In this document: piece after piece, positions 49,941 to 63,223 of the stretch | Layout: each line of letters opens with the position of its first letter | Position numbering within the stretch: the first letter of the stretch is position 1 | Assembly (NCBI GenBank): GCA_950097015.1 | Contig: CATNEN010000001.1 | Span: 25,978,001-26,042,000, forward strand | Direction: 5' to 3' | DNA from: Macrostomum hystrix | Taxonomy: Eukaryota > Animalia > Platyhelminthes | Length of the DNA: 64,000 bases | Notes under the pieces: generated by a model | What the model was told of the DNA's origin: nothing | What the model saw: only the letters and a program-made list of their open reading frames with translations | Database searches by the model: none | Program-made: the position numbers and the translations under genes

Positions 49941-51130
49941 CTCTAGTCACAAAAACACTATCCAAGAATCGTTTCATGAATTCTGATCAATAATAATAAT
50001 TAATTTCAAGTTTGAAATTTCAAGCAAGAATCCTAAGGCGCCTAAATTAGTCAAGCCATAGACTGCATTACCTGCTGTCAACAGGCGGGGCTCAGATAGA
50101 AGAGTGATAAAACAATTATCCCAATTTATATATTGACACTTCTCTCGCGTCAAAATAGAGTTGATGGGGCTGTCAGAATAGCTAATAGGACATGTGAGAA
50201 AAAACCTAGCTGAAAGGATAGTTAAATTCAGCTAAGAGAAGGAGGCAAGATAATTAGGAACAAATTAATTTGAACGCAATCATGCGAATCTCACCATTTG
50301 TGATCTTCTAATCCGGCCACAACGCACTGCTGACATTGCAGTTGAATGCGAACCAATTGTGATGCAACAATTGCGACGGACAACTGTCGACTCGGATTCT
50401 GGCAATTTAAAAGCGGGATAAAATATTAATAAATGAGAAAACACTATTAATAATGAGTTGATAATTAGAGAATTGCAGACTGGTTACCTCTCTGCTGGGT
50501 GTCTGTTCTGTGCCAGTCGGTGAGGGACAAAGTGGGCCAGTTGAAGCCCTGTATTTTTTAACCTACCCCCGGCCCACACAGCAACCCACCCGCGCCTCCT
50601 AACTGGCAGGCCGGGCGCTGATTGGCTGGCAATCTGGCTACGGCGGCAATAAGGCCCTGCAAAGTCCCCCAGCAGAACTATAGCTCAACCCCAGACCACT
50701 CACAACGGCACACACATGACTGCAGAGAGCCAATTCATTCAACTGCAGCCCCCAGCCGCACACCATTTACACTACCCAATCATTCAATAATTGACCAAAG
50801 ATTGCATCTATGTGGGACATCCTCGCAGAGCAGCTCCGGTGCGAGAATGGAAAAAGAGGTGGGAGAGAAGGGGAGATGGGAGTTGAGGAAGCGGCTGCAT
50901 GGACAGGTGACTGACGGCAAACTCTGAGCTACACTGAGGAGGGGCCAGGGGCGCATTGTGTGTGACCGCCCGGCAGCTCCAAATGTCGGACAGTCGCTGC
51001 GACTGCACCATGGCAGCAGGATACTGGACTAGATATGACTCAATCAAACTGCCATTAATTCTGCCTATCACAATGGTTTGGACTTATTTAGCCATTGTGT
51101 TCATTAGCAGCGTTACCCATTATACACTTC

Positions 51131-51755
51131 CTCATCCTAATCCTTAATCAATTTCCTCATCTTAATCCATTATCCCTTTACTCATCCTAATCCATTACCC
51201 CTTTACTCACCCTAATCCATTATCCCTTTACTCATCCTAATCCATTATCCCTTTATCATCCTAATCCATTATCCCTTTACTAATCCTAATCCATTATCCC
51301 TTTACTCATCCTAATCCATTATCCCTTTACTCATCCTAATCCATTATCCCTTTACTCATCCTAATCCATTATCCCTTTACTCATCCTAATAAATTATCCC
51401 TTTACTCATCCTAATCCATTATCCCTTTACTCATCCTAATCCATTATCCCTTTACTCATCCTAATCCATTACCCCTTTACTCATCCTAAACCATTATCCC
51501 TTTACTCATCCTAATCCATTATCCCTTTACTCATCCTAATCCATTATCCCTTTACTCATCCTAATCCATTATCCCTTTACTCATCCTAATCCATTATCCC
51601 TTTACTCATCCTAATCAATTATCCCTTTACTCATCCTAATCCATTATCCCTTTACTCATGCTAATCCATTATCCCTTTACTAATCCTAATCCATTATCCC
51701 TTTCCTGATTCTAGTTTTCTAATCCTAATCCATAATCCTCTTCCCAATCCTAATC
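51131..51755. repeat. Minisatellite, 25-bp G-free unit CTCATCCTAATCCATTATCCCTTTA, ~24 copies
   Basis: Tandem repeats. Confidence 0.96.
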
Positions 51756-52490
51756 GATTATCGCTTTCTCATCGTTATTGATTTCCTATTCTCAAATCTG
51801 TTTCCTCGCGCTTAAGGCCATTTTTCGTTAGCAATTTTGGCATTTAACAAAGAAAAAATTGCGACAGAAACAAACAATAAAGAGTTTTGGCCCGTTAAGT
51901 TTGCAATCAGAACTATTCCAAACTGTCGGGAATATCAATGTGAACAAACAGAACCCCTCACCCTCAAGATGAGCAGTATGGCTCAAACAGACCCGTACCT
52001 GTTCCTCCCGGGTGCCATGAGATTTCAATGCAATCTGACACTACAACAAAGCAGCGGTGCTAGTCAGTGCAGTAAGCAAATCTCTAAATTAAAACCCACC
52101 TGCTCTACAGTTCGCAATAGGCTTGTGTGTCTTTCATACATTCATAGGCGCAAAGTTTAAAGGCCAGGATTGGAGCACTGGGGGACCGACTGTTTATTAT
52201 TGTTACTCTTATTTCTACTCGAATTTGGCAATTTTCTAATTCTATTCTCATTCAAAAGCGCAACTGAACTCACAATCCGTGGAGTTTGGGATCCCTATTT
52301 CACACCGAGCATAGCTTCCTTCTCCAACAGAATTAGAACTACTTGATTTAAAGCAATTGGCACAGCATCCTAGAATACGAAAATTCCATGTCTAAACAGG
52401 CGTCATTTACGGAACTTAACGAGGCATGCATTATTTTGTCATCTGAATATACATTCTAAGATTTATTATTGTCTCATTTATAAACTTAAT

Positions 52491-53067
52491 AGGGTGTCAC
52501 TCTGGGATCTGAGAGGGTGTCACTATGGGATCTGAGAGGGTGTCACTATGGGATCTGAGAGGGTGTCACTCTGGGATCTGAGAGGGTGTCACTATGGGAT
52601 CTGAGAGGGTGTCACTATGGGATCTGAGAGGGTGTCACTCTGGGATCTGAGAGGGTGTCACTATGGGATCTGAGAGGGTGTCACTCTGAGATCTGAGAGG
52701 GTGTCACTCTGGGATCTGAGAGGGTGTCACTCTGGGATCTGAGAGGGTGTCACTCTGGGATCTGAGAGGGTGTCACTCTGGGATCTGAGAGGGTGTCACT
52801 CTGGGATCTGAGAGGGTGTCACTGTGGGATCTGAGAGGGTGTCACTCTGGGATCTGATAGGGTGTCACTCTGGGATATGACAGTGTGTCACTCAGGGATA
52901 TGACAGGGTGTCACTCTGGGATATGACAGGGTGTCACTCTGGGATATGACAGGGTGTCACTCTGGGATATGACAGGGTGTCACTCTGGGATCTGACATGG
53001 TGTCACTCTGGGATATGACAGGGTGTCACTCTGGGATATGACAGGGTGTCACTCTGGGATATGACAG
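52491..53067. repeat. Minisatellite, 23-bp unit AGGGTGTCACTCTGGGATCTGAG, ~25 copies
   Basis: Tandem repeats. Confidence 0.97.
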
Positions 53068-53690
53068 AGCATCAATTCGGAAGTACTTAAAACAGGTTGC
53101 GATGTAGGATTGTGAGCAGCTAGGTGTCATTCTAAAATGGCACTCGTAGCAAACAACTTTATAGCAGCTTTACACGCGATAGTTTCCTCTTTTTGCTATT
53201 TTTTTATTAGCGAACCATTGCTCAATGTGTTTTAAAATCCCGAGAATTGTTAGGAGAACCCAGTCTAGCCAGCAGCTCCGGCAATAGTCCCCTCACAGTG
53301 TCGGCAAGATGAAAGGCAGCAGATGCGTGCGTATGTAAAGGATGGAACAAATTGCTAAAAAAGTGCCACGGTGAGCAAAGAAAATGATTCTGTGAGATGC
53401 TAGCTAGAAAAAATGGCTCGCTGAGCGAAAAACCCATTCGATGTACAAATGAAACTGTTAGCACAGCCCACAAGTGTACTAATATATGATGAATTCAATG
53501 ATTTGGAGTCCAGCAACTCACACGACAGAAGAAAGCCGACAAACTCCTCAGCACCGACTGGACTTTTATACCTTGCTTTGATTTACATTCAAGACATGGT
53601 CACAATGCTTCACGATTTTTCACTAGGCCGAATAGCTGGAAAGATTTGAAGTAAAGTTTGGTTTAATTAAAAAATTTTAAACAAATTTCA

Positions 53691-55790
53691 GAGTGAATGT
53701 TGACACAGGAGAGTGAGTGATGACACAGGAGAGTGAGTGATGACACAGGAGAGTGAGTGATGACACAGGAGAGTGAGTGATGATGCAGGACAGTGAGTGA
53801 TGACACAGGAGAGTGAGTGATGACACAGGAGAGTGAGTGATAATACAGGAGAGTGAGTGATGACACAGGAGAGTGAGTGATGACACAGGAGAGTGAGTGA
53901 TGACACAGGAGAGTGAGTGATGACACAGGAGAGTGAGTGATGAGACAGGAGAGTGAGTGATGACACAGGAGAGTGAGTGATGACACAGGAGAGTGAGTGA
54001 TGAGACAGGAGAGTGAGTGATGACACAGGAGAGTGAGTGATGACACAGGAGAGTGAGTGATGATGCAGGACAGTGAGTGATGACACAGGAGAGTGAGTGA
54101 TGACACAGGAGAGTGAGTGATAATACAGGAGAGTGAGTGATGACACAGGAGAGTGAGTGATGACACAGGAGAGTGAGTGATGATACAGGAGAGTGAGTGA
54201 TGACACAGGAGAGTGAGTCATGACACAGGAGAGTGAGTGATGACACAGGAGAGTGAGTGATGACACAGGAGAGTGAGTGATGACACAGGAGAGTGAGTGA
54301 TGACACAGGAGAGTGAGTGATGATGCAGGACAGTGAGTGATGACACAGGAGAGTGAGTGATGACACAGGAGAGTGAGTGATGATACAGGAGAGTGAGTGA
54401 TGACACAGGAGAGTGAGTGATGACACAGGAGAGTGAGTGATGACACAGGAGAGTGAGTGATGAGACAGGAGAGTGAGTGATGACACAGGAGAGTGAGTGA
54501 TGATGCAGGACAGTGAGTGATGACACAGGAGAGTGAGTGATGACACAGGAGAGTGAGTGATGATACAGGAGAGTGAGTGATGACACAGGAGAGTGAGTGA
54601 TGACACAGGAGAGTTAGTGATGACACAGGAGAGTGAGTGATGAGACAGGAGAGTGAGTGATGACACAGGAGAGTGAGTGATGACACAGGAGAGTGAGTGA
54701 TGACACAGGAGAGTGAGTGATGATGCAGGACAGTGAGTGATGACACAGGAGAGTGAGTGATGACACAGGAGAGTGAGTGATAATACAGGAGAGTGAGTGA
54801 TGACACAGGAGAGTGAGTGATGACACAGGAGAGTGAGTGATGATACAGGAGAGTGAGTGATGACACAGGAGAGTGAGTCATGACACAGGAGAGTGAGTGA
54901 TGACACAGGAGAGTGAGTGATGACACAGGAGAGTGAGTGATGACACAGGAGAGTGAGTGATGACACAGGAGAGTGAGTGATGATGCAGGACAGTGAGTGA
55001 TGACACAGGAGAGTGAGTGATGATACAGGAGAGTGAGTGATGACACAGGAGAGTGAGTGATGACACAGGAGAGTGAGTGATGACACAGGAGAGTGAGTGA
55101 TGAGACAGGAGAGTGAGTGATGACACAGGAGAGTGAGTGATGATGCAGGACAGTGAGTGATGACACAGGAGAGTGAGTGATGACACAGGAGAGTGAGTGA
55201 TGATACAGGAGAGTGAGTGATGACACAGGAGAGTGAGTGATGACACAGGAGAGTTAGTGATGACACAGGAGAGTGAGTGATGAGACAGGAGAGTGAGTGA
55301 TGACACAGGAGAGTGAGTGATGATACAGGAGAGTGAGTGATGATACAGGAGAGTGAGTGATGATACAGGAGAGTGAGTGATGACACAGGAGAGTGAGTGA
55401 TGATGCAGGACAGTGAGTGATGACACAGGAGAGTGAGTGATGATGCAGGACAGTGAGTGATGACACAGGAGAGTGAGTGATGACACAGGAGAGTGAGTGA
55501 TGACACAGGAGAGTGAGTGATGACACAGGAGAGTGAGTGATGACACAGGAGAGTGAGTGATGACACAGGAGAGTGAGTGATGACACAGGAGAGTGAGTGA
55601 TGATACAGGAGAGTGAGTGATGACACAGGAGAGTGAGTGATGACACAGGAGAGTGAGTGATGAGACAGGAGAGTGAGTGATGACACAGGAGAGTGAGTGA
55701 TGACACAGGAGAGTGAGTGATGACACAGGAGAGTGAGTGATGACACAGGAGAGTGAGTGATGACACAGGAGAGTGAGTGATGGGACAGAT
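53691..55790. repeat. Minisatellite, 20-bp unit TGACACAGGAGAGTGAGTGA, ~105 copies
   Basis: Tandem repeats in constant register. Confidence 0.98.
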
Positions 55791-56460
55791 GAATGATGAT
55801 TTTCCGCATTGACCCTAGTGAATCGGAAGTGTAATCAGGAAGTCGGCAGATAAGAATATATCAAACGGAAAGCAGACAAATGACTGCAAACAGCAAACAG
55901 ACAATTAGGTGTCCAGCAGTTTATGTGAGCATGCCTATAGCTGTTGAAAAAATCCGTGCCTGTACTGCAAGGCCAAACAGTAGCACCGGAAATTGCGGCT
56001 TGTAAATAGAACAATTTCCCACAAAGCGATTTAAGCTTAAAATGTCTTTTTTTGTCACAGAATGTTTTTGGCACGGCATAGATTGATCACTTTGCTGAAG
56101 CCATTTTTATGATTAATTGCACTAGAATCTGTTCTCAAAAGATAAATTATTAATGAGGCTAATATTGAAAAAAACAGGAACCAACGCCCTCTATGACTAG
56201 TCATCGCGTTAACTTCCGTTTGCTATCGAAGCATGTGAAATGCAACAACACACTGAAACCAGCGAAATTTAGTTTTTTATAAAGACATTTCACTCTTTAA
56301 GATACTACTTAAAAGTATGTTAATGACTATGAATAGATGCTTGCAACTAGATATAAGCTAGCCGAAAAAATGTTATACTACTGTCAGCAGTGCTTAAAAA
56401 CAACAAAACTTGGTGAGCTACCTGTCAAGCCTCATTTAGCGAATAACTTAAACCTCAATA

Positions 56461-58245
56461 AGCCACTCTCTTGGTCCTACTTCAGCCACTCTCTCGGTCC
56501 TACTTCAGCCACTCACTCAGTCCTCACTCAGCCACTCTCTCAGTGACTCAGTCCTCATTCAGCCACTCTCTAAGTCCTCACTCAGCCATTCCATCAGTCC
56601 ATATTCAGCTTCTCTCTCAGTCTTCATTCAGCCACTCTCCAAGTCCTCATTCAGCCACTCTTTCAGTGACACAGTCTTCATTCAGCCACTCTCCCAGTCC
56701 TCATTCAGCCACTCTTTCAGTGACACAGTCCTCATTCAGCAACTCTTTCAGTGACACAGTCCTCATTCAGCAACTCTTTCAGTGACACAGTCCTCATTCA
56801 GCCACTCTCCCAGTCCTCATTCAGCCACTCTTTCAGTGATACAGTCCTCATTCAGCCACTCTCCCAGTCCTCATTCAGCCACTCTTTCAGTGACACAGTC
56901 CTCATTCAGCCACTCTCCCAGTCATCATTCAGCCACTCTCCCAGTCCTCATTCAGCCACTCTTTCAGTGACACAGTCCTCATTCAGCAACTCTTTCAGTG
57001 ACACAGTCCTCATTCAGCAACTCTTTCAGTGACACAGTCCTCATTCAGCAACTCTTTCAGTGACACAGTCCTCATTCAGCAACTCTTTCAGTGACACAGT
57101 CCTCATTCAGCAACTCTTTCAGTGACACAGTCCTCATTCAGCCACTCTCTCAGTGACACAGTCCTCATTCAGCCACTCACTCAGTGACACAGTCCTCATT
57201 CAGCCACTCACTCAGTGACACAGTCCTCATTCAGCCACTCTCTCAGTGACACAGTCCTCATTCAGCCACTCTTTCAGTGACACAGTCCTCATTCAGCCAC
57301 TCACTCAGTGACACAGTCCTCATTCAGCCACTCACTCAGTGACACAGTCCTCATTCAGCCACTCACTCAGTGACACAGTCCTCATTCAGCCACTCTCTCA
57401 GTGACACAGTCCTCATTCAGCCACTCACTCAGTGACACAGTCCTCATTCAGCCACTCTCTCAGTGACACAGTCCTCATTCAGCCACTCACTCAGTGACAC
57501 AGTCCTCATTCAGCCACTCACTCAGTGACTCAGTCCTCATTCAGCCACTCTCTAAGTCCTCACTCAGCCACTCTTTCAGTGACACAGTCCTCATTCAGCC
57601 ACTCACTCAGTGACTCAGTCCTCATTCAGCCACTCTCTAAGTCCTCACTCAGCCACTCTTTCAGTGACACAGTCCTCATTCAGCAACTCTCTCAGTCCTC
57701 ATTCAGCCACTCTCTCAGTCCTCATTCAGCCACTCTCCCAGTCCTCATTCAGCCATTTCATCAGTCCATATTCAGCTTCTCTCTCAGTCTTCATTCAGCC
57801 ACTCTCCCAGTCCTCATTCAGCCATTCCATCAGTCTATATTCAGCTTCTCTCTCAGTCTTCATTCAGCCACTCTCCCAGTCCTCATTCAGCCATTCCATC
57901 AGTCCATATTCAGCTTCTCTCTCATTCTTCATTCAGCCACTCTCCCAGTCCTCATTCAGCCATTCCATCAGTCCATATTCAGCTTCTCTCTCAGTCTTCA
58001 TTCAGCCACTCTCCCAGTCCTCATTCAGCCATTCCATCAGTCCATATTCAGCTTCTCTCTCAGTCTTCATTCAGCCACTCTCTCAGTCCTCACTAAGCTA
58101 CTCTTTCAGTGACACAGTCCTCATTCAGCAATTCTCTCAGTCCTAATTCAGCAGCTCACACAGTCCTCATTCAGCAATTCCATCAGTCCTCATTCAGCCA
58201 TTCCATCAGTCCTCATTCAGCTCCTCTCTTAGTCCTTATTCAGCC
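56461..58245. repeat. Composite minisatellite, 23/31-bp units based on CAGTCCTCATTCAGCCACTCTCT(CAGTGACA)
   Basis: Tandem repeats with several sub-blocks. Confidence 0.95.
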
Positions 58246-61200
58246 AATTAAGGCTGAATGAATATTGCAAAAATATGGGCTTGTAGTAGTTTTTTTCATT
58301 CCATAGAAGTTACATTAGTTGCAATTTGAATACTGCCAATATAAATATTTTGAAAAATGTTTTCTGAGTTCAAACATGGAAATAGTCCTCTGATAAGGCA
58401 ATCAAAAATAAGAACACACTATCTATGCAATGACCAAGTTAGCAAAAGCTATTTACATTTATGGACATTGATTACAAACAATACATGCTAAGCAAGGTCT
58501 CACTACAAGGATTAATAAAATACTATAGAAAAGTATATTTAAAAGTATATAGTCTACCTTTTTCATTAATTATAAAAAATACCACTTCATAATTTAGTTT
58601 TTTTATTCTATTCTTTGGATTAGTTGGTTTATTAAATAGATAAAGAGAAAAGTAAAAACTTTTCTTCCTTATTTTCCTGAAAATGTTTCTAATAATAAAA
58701 AATAAAATATGAAACCAATATAAATATACACCAAATTTATACTGAAAGAAGCTGTATTAAATTTATTTCTATAAAAGCTTTAGAAATAAAATGCCTAGAT
58801 ATATATTTCTTTTTAGAATAGTGAATTCAAACAGGGTAAAAAACAAAACCCTAAATTTCTACTAAATTATTCATCATAAAAAATCTAGTTTGTAGCAATA
58901 GTGATAGAAACAAGTCACATTGGGAATCTACCAAGCGGCCTTCTCTTGTATTTATTAGTCCGACACTTATATTTCCATACCAAAGTTAAAAATAAAATTT
59001 TCACAGTTGGTACCTTCGACCGTCACACTTCGACCATCACAAGAGAAAAGTGTCAAAAAAAAATTTCTGCTTGTTTGTATGTGTTTAATATTATATATTA
59101 CTAAGAATGGCTAATTTCCAGTTTGTGTGTTGATTTTTATGGCTCTAAGATCACAAAGACCGAAGAAAACACTAAAAAACAATTCACTCCCCTTTACCTT
59201 TGAGTTCTTCAACTTCGACCGTCACATGCACAATAAGCTAAATTAATTGAGAATCAAAAACTTCTGTGTCACAAGTTAAACAAGTTCAAAAGATCTAGTT
59301 GGTTATTATTTTTTTTGATGAAAAAAAGGCTGCAAAACCCCTTTTTCAGATATTTTTTTGTAAAATTAATGTACCAACCTTCGACCGTCACACTCGTGGA
59401 AATAGCCCTTTAAAATATTTTTAAATATTGTATAAACAGCATTTGATCTTATACAACGCCTCAAAACTGATAAGTATAGGAACTGCAGTTTCATTAAATT
59501 AAACATATTATATTATATTATATTATAAATAAATAAAATTATAATTATAGATATTATATTATATTATATTATATTAATATTATATAAACATTTTATATAA
59601 TATTTACATTTAACAAATAAGTAGGTACTACACTCTTAAACAGTAGGACTACTAAGCCATTTAGCTGCCCATTTTATACCAAGGCCAAGGCCAAGGGGTT
59701 TAAAATCATCTTATATATTTTTGGCAGTGCCTGAATGCTAACAGTGTTTGGTGGTAACTAACTGGTAGACAGACTAGCCAATGGTGTACTGTGGTTGAGG
59801 TTTACCTAATATTTTGGCTTGAGCAGTGAATTTGGGGAAATTTGCATCAGGATGTTGATAATAGCTTATTTTCACCAGTTGTTACACCTAAAGGTCCAGC
59901 AAATCTAACTAGATATAGGTAGGTAGTGACCACCAAAGTTGGAGATAATGCAGCATATTTGGGTGACATGCTGATAAATTTTGAAGGCCTGGCAAGGGCC
60001 ACACTGAACTGCAGTGCTAATTAATTCATAGGGGTGCATCAAATACACTGGTCAGCTGGAACCATTTAATATCTTGACAGTCCCAGTCTAAAGAGCTCGG
60101 ACTTCATTATTGTTTCAGAAGATGTGCAACAAAAGTTGGCCTGTGTTCTTGAGTTTCATGTCCATTCAGGTGCAGCACAAAATATTGTCAGGGGGGAATT
60201 CTCCCTCTTGGAATTGGAAGTTATACTGTTATTTTCTATGAACAATTTCAATTTCTACATTTTAAGTGTATACAGAATAAATAGCTCTGTTGTTACTAAA
60301 TTTCACTGAACACAAAAGTTCGATACATGCGTTCACTCAGCTACAACAAACATTTTCCTGCAATTTTTACTGTTATAAGTTAAGTAGCTACACAAATAGT
60401 TAACAAACATTGCACTTTCATAAGTTAAGCTTTCCATGGACATGGACATGGCGCATCGAATTTAAAAGAGATCAGAAAAAATCTGTTTAAACGAACGCGA
60501 AAGACTTTCACTAAAGAAAGACAACCTGAAAAGAAATCAAGGATTTAAAAATTATCGAAGCATTCAGGTCTCATACCATTAGCTAAGAAACTTTTCCAGA
60601 TATTTTCGTCGAAATGCATTATGTTTAAAATTTCTTGTTTTGACCTTGAAATTTAAATTTCTGAAGCTTTTGTACAGGATAACAAAAAAAAGTTTAAGAA
60701 CTTTTTAAAAAAGTTTTTTTAAGTACAAATTCACGGCAAAGTCGGTATATATTCTTCTTACTACATGGGCTTTATTTATTTATTTATATTTTTTTAATGA
60801 CATTGTACTTGTTATCGTGGTTAGTTATTTTCAACCGGTTTTGCAGTATAGTAAAAAACGGATTCAAGCGCTTTACTTTAAATGCTTCAATCAGCCACAC
60901 TTAGTTTTTACTTTATACGGCTGTCTTCATCTTTCCTGTCTCGGCAAATAATAAAATCGCACTTTTAACCACTGGTTCATGCGTAGAATTTCCTTCCGTA
61001 AGTTCAAAAAAAGAATAAGAAATGAAATCAATATTTAAATATTTTATTTAGTTATATCTTTTAACGGGAAAGCTATTAAATTAAGGGAATTTAAATTCAG
61101 CGGACTTCACACCGGGGCCAAAACTAATGAGGACTATACGAGGATCATATTATAACGGTCCATGCCAGTTTTAATTAGCTATAATTAATTTAACTCTTAG

Positions 61201-61881
61201 TTAAAGCAAAGATAGTAGAGCGAAATTAAGTTTAGTATTATAGCTCTTTCAGGTAAGCGTTAATGAGACTGACACAGGCTGAAAAAGTAATAGTTTTCAT
61301 TAACTGGCCAAATCCCATGTCCTACTCTGCGCACGATCGTCTAATTATTATAGATCGCTAATAATGTAATAGTAATATTAATTTAATTATTATTATTTTA
61401 TTGCTTGCCAGCGCCCACAACGCTGCAAAGCAGCTCGGGGCAGACGCCTATTGTGGCCCCAGAACTATGCCACACTACCCACACTACCTACCTACACTAT
61501 AACCACACTCGTGTACATGACACGAGTACACGAGTACACAAGTCAAGCCACATTAGCCACAGCACGAGTCAAGCCGCAGTTACCAACACTGCTACACTTA
61601 CCCAACACTACCCACACTACCAATTTCTTTAGTGAAGTGATTGAGAATATTGAGAACATTGAGAACTTTTTTATTGAGAACAAGTTTACCTACAGGCTGT
61701 TGGTAGACTGAAACTGCGTATGCAAAAGTTACACAGAATGGCTTAACAAGCTCCCCGTGTTCTGGCCCTATCTATCTCTTGAATAGATATAGCGCTTTTT
61801 TCATAGTTAGTTTTTATTAAAGGCATTGTCAATAGCGATTTTAATTATTTAGCATAGCACCTCACCGCTGAAGATAGTTAT

Positions 61882-61918
<37 letters not shown>

Positions 61919-62666
61919 CAGCCCAAATGGAAAACATCTGATAGTGAGCTGCCTTTACTCACTGCCTGTCCCGAAACTCATTAAATTATCGCTGGATTAG
62001 TCTAGCTTTAAAGAGTAGTGTTTCGATTATTTTGCATGGCATGAAGTCGTGCCCCTTATGCCAAATTTCCAAATTTGAAATAGCTCGTAACCCTCATTCT
62101 GAGACCGGTCACAGTCACTATATGGCAATTGGACGAAAAACAGCATCACCTTCTTCAGTTGCGAAGTTGCATGGTCGGTGCAAGCTCCATCACATTGTAT
62201 ATTTGCATACATTTGTAGCCAGACATCGAGAAAAACTATTCAATAAGTAATGTAACAAAAATATATATGAGGATAAAAGGCCAGGGCTTTAAACTTACGA
62301 GCGTAGAATACATAAAGTACTGTCAGACCTATGAAGGAAAAGTTTCATAGAAAGAAATATACTACATGTTTCTACCAACAGAAGACAAACCAAACAACTA
62401 AATGACACACAACAACAAAGGAAATCTTTAGCAAACTACAGAATAAAGTTGTAAATAATAAAACAACTGTTACCGCGAGGATAAAAACATTATCGATTGT
62501 ATAAGTAGCAATCCAGTAACACTTTTCATGCTCGAAAAATTCTTTTAAAAACGTTGAAATTGCGCCTTTTGTACCACTCTTAAACTCGAAGTCAGGGAGA
62601 ATAGCTGCGCATCGTACGGAGGGCAGCAGGGTTAGTCCAGCCAGTGAAAGCAAAAAGCAAATTCTG

Positions 62667-62908
62667 TTAGCCGAACAGAAAATAATTTCTACCAGAAGAG
62701 TTGCTCAAGTTGGCAGGCGGGTAGACAAACTTGAGCAGGTGGCACAGCTGCTGCTGGCCTGAGAAGATCACCGCTATGCAGTTTGGAGTCATCGCACTGC
62801 ACTGAGCCAGGCACTCCATTTTGCTCCCAGTGACGAACATCCAGGAGGCAGGCTCGGAGGACTGCACTGTCTGGCTGGGCATCGGCAACTGCTGCACGAA
62901 GTTCTTTT
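62667..62908 (-). CDS. Secreted WSC-domain protein, exon 2 (PAN/Apple-like domain)
   Basis: Acceptor CACTAATTTCTTAG| in phase 1; encodes SKMECLAQCSAMTPNCIAVIFSGQQQLCHLL (C-x3-C-x6-C-x11-C, PAN-like); stop at 62667. Confidence 0.75.
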
Positions 62909-62984
62909 CTAAGAAATTAGTGAGATCAAGCAGGGTTCAAGTAGTTAGCTGTCACATAGTTATGACCACGTTTCCCCCCCTAGG

Positions 62985-63177
62985 GAAATACCACGAGGGG
63001 TATTTCAAATACTCATTCGTATTTCATAGTATTTCAAATACTATTCGGTTAGTGGGAAAAAATTTGTCCCGAGTTCAAGATTTTCACGCGATTGGTTGAA
63101 TATTTTTTGAGATATTTAACCAGAGATCCAGTAGAAATAAAAATGAGGGTATTTGAAATACCCCACCGTGGTGTTTC
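62985..63177. mobile_element. ~193-bp MITE-like element in the WSC-gene intron
   Basis: Imperfect ~33-bp inverted repeats GAAATACCACGAGGGGTATTTCAAATACTCATT / AATGAGGGTATTTGAAATACCCCACCGTGGTGTTTC; no clear TSD. Confidence 0.65.
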
Positions 63178-63223
63178 TACTGAAAATAGATGAGACCGGT
63201 ATAAAATGTTTGCTCAAACTCAC

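Noticed and set aside
53663-55809. 710-aa and 512-aa Cys/His-rich ORFs resembling metal-binding proteins
   Set aside because: The 20-bp repeat has no stops on the minus strand, so all three frames give the same periodic peptide.
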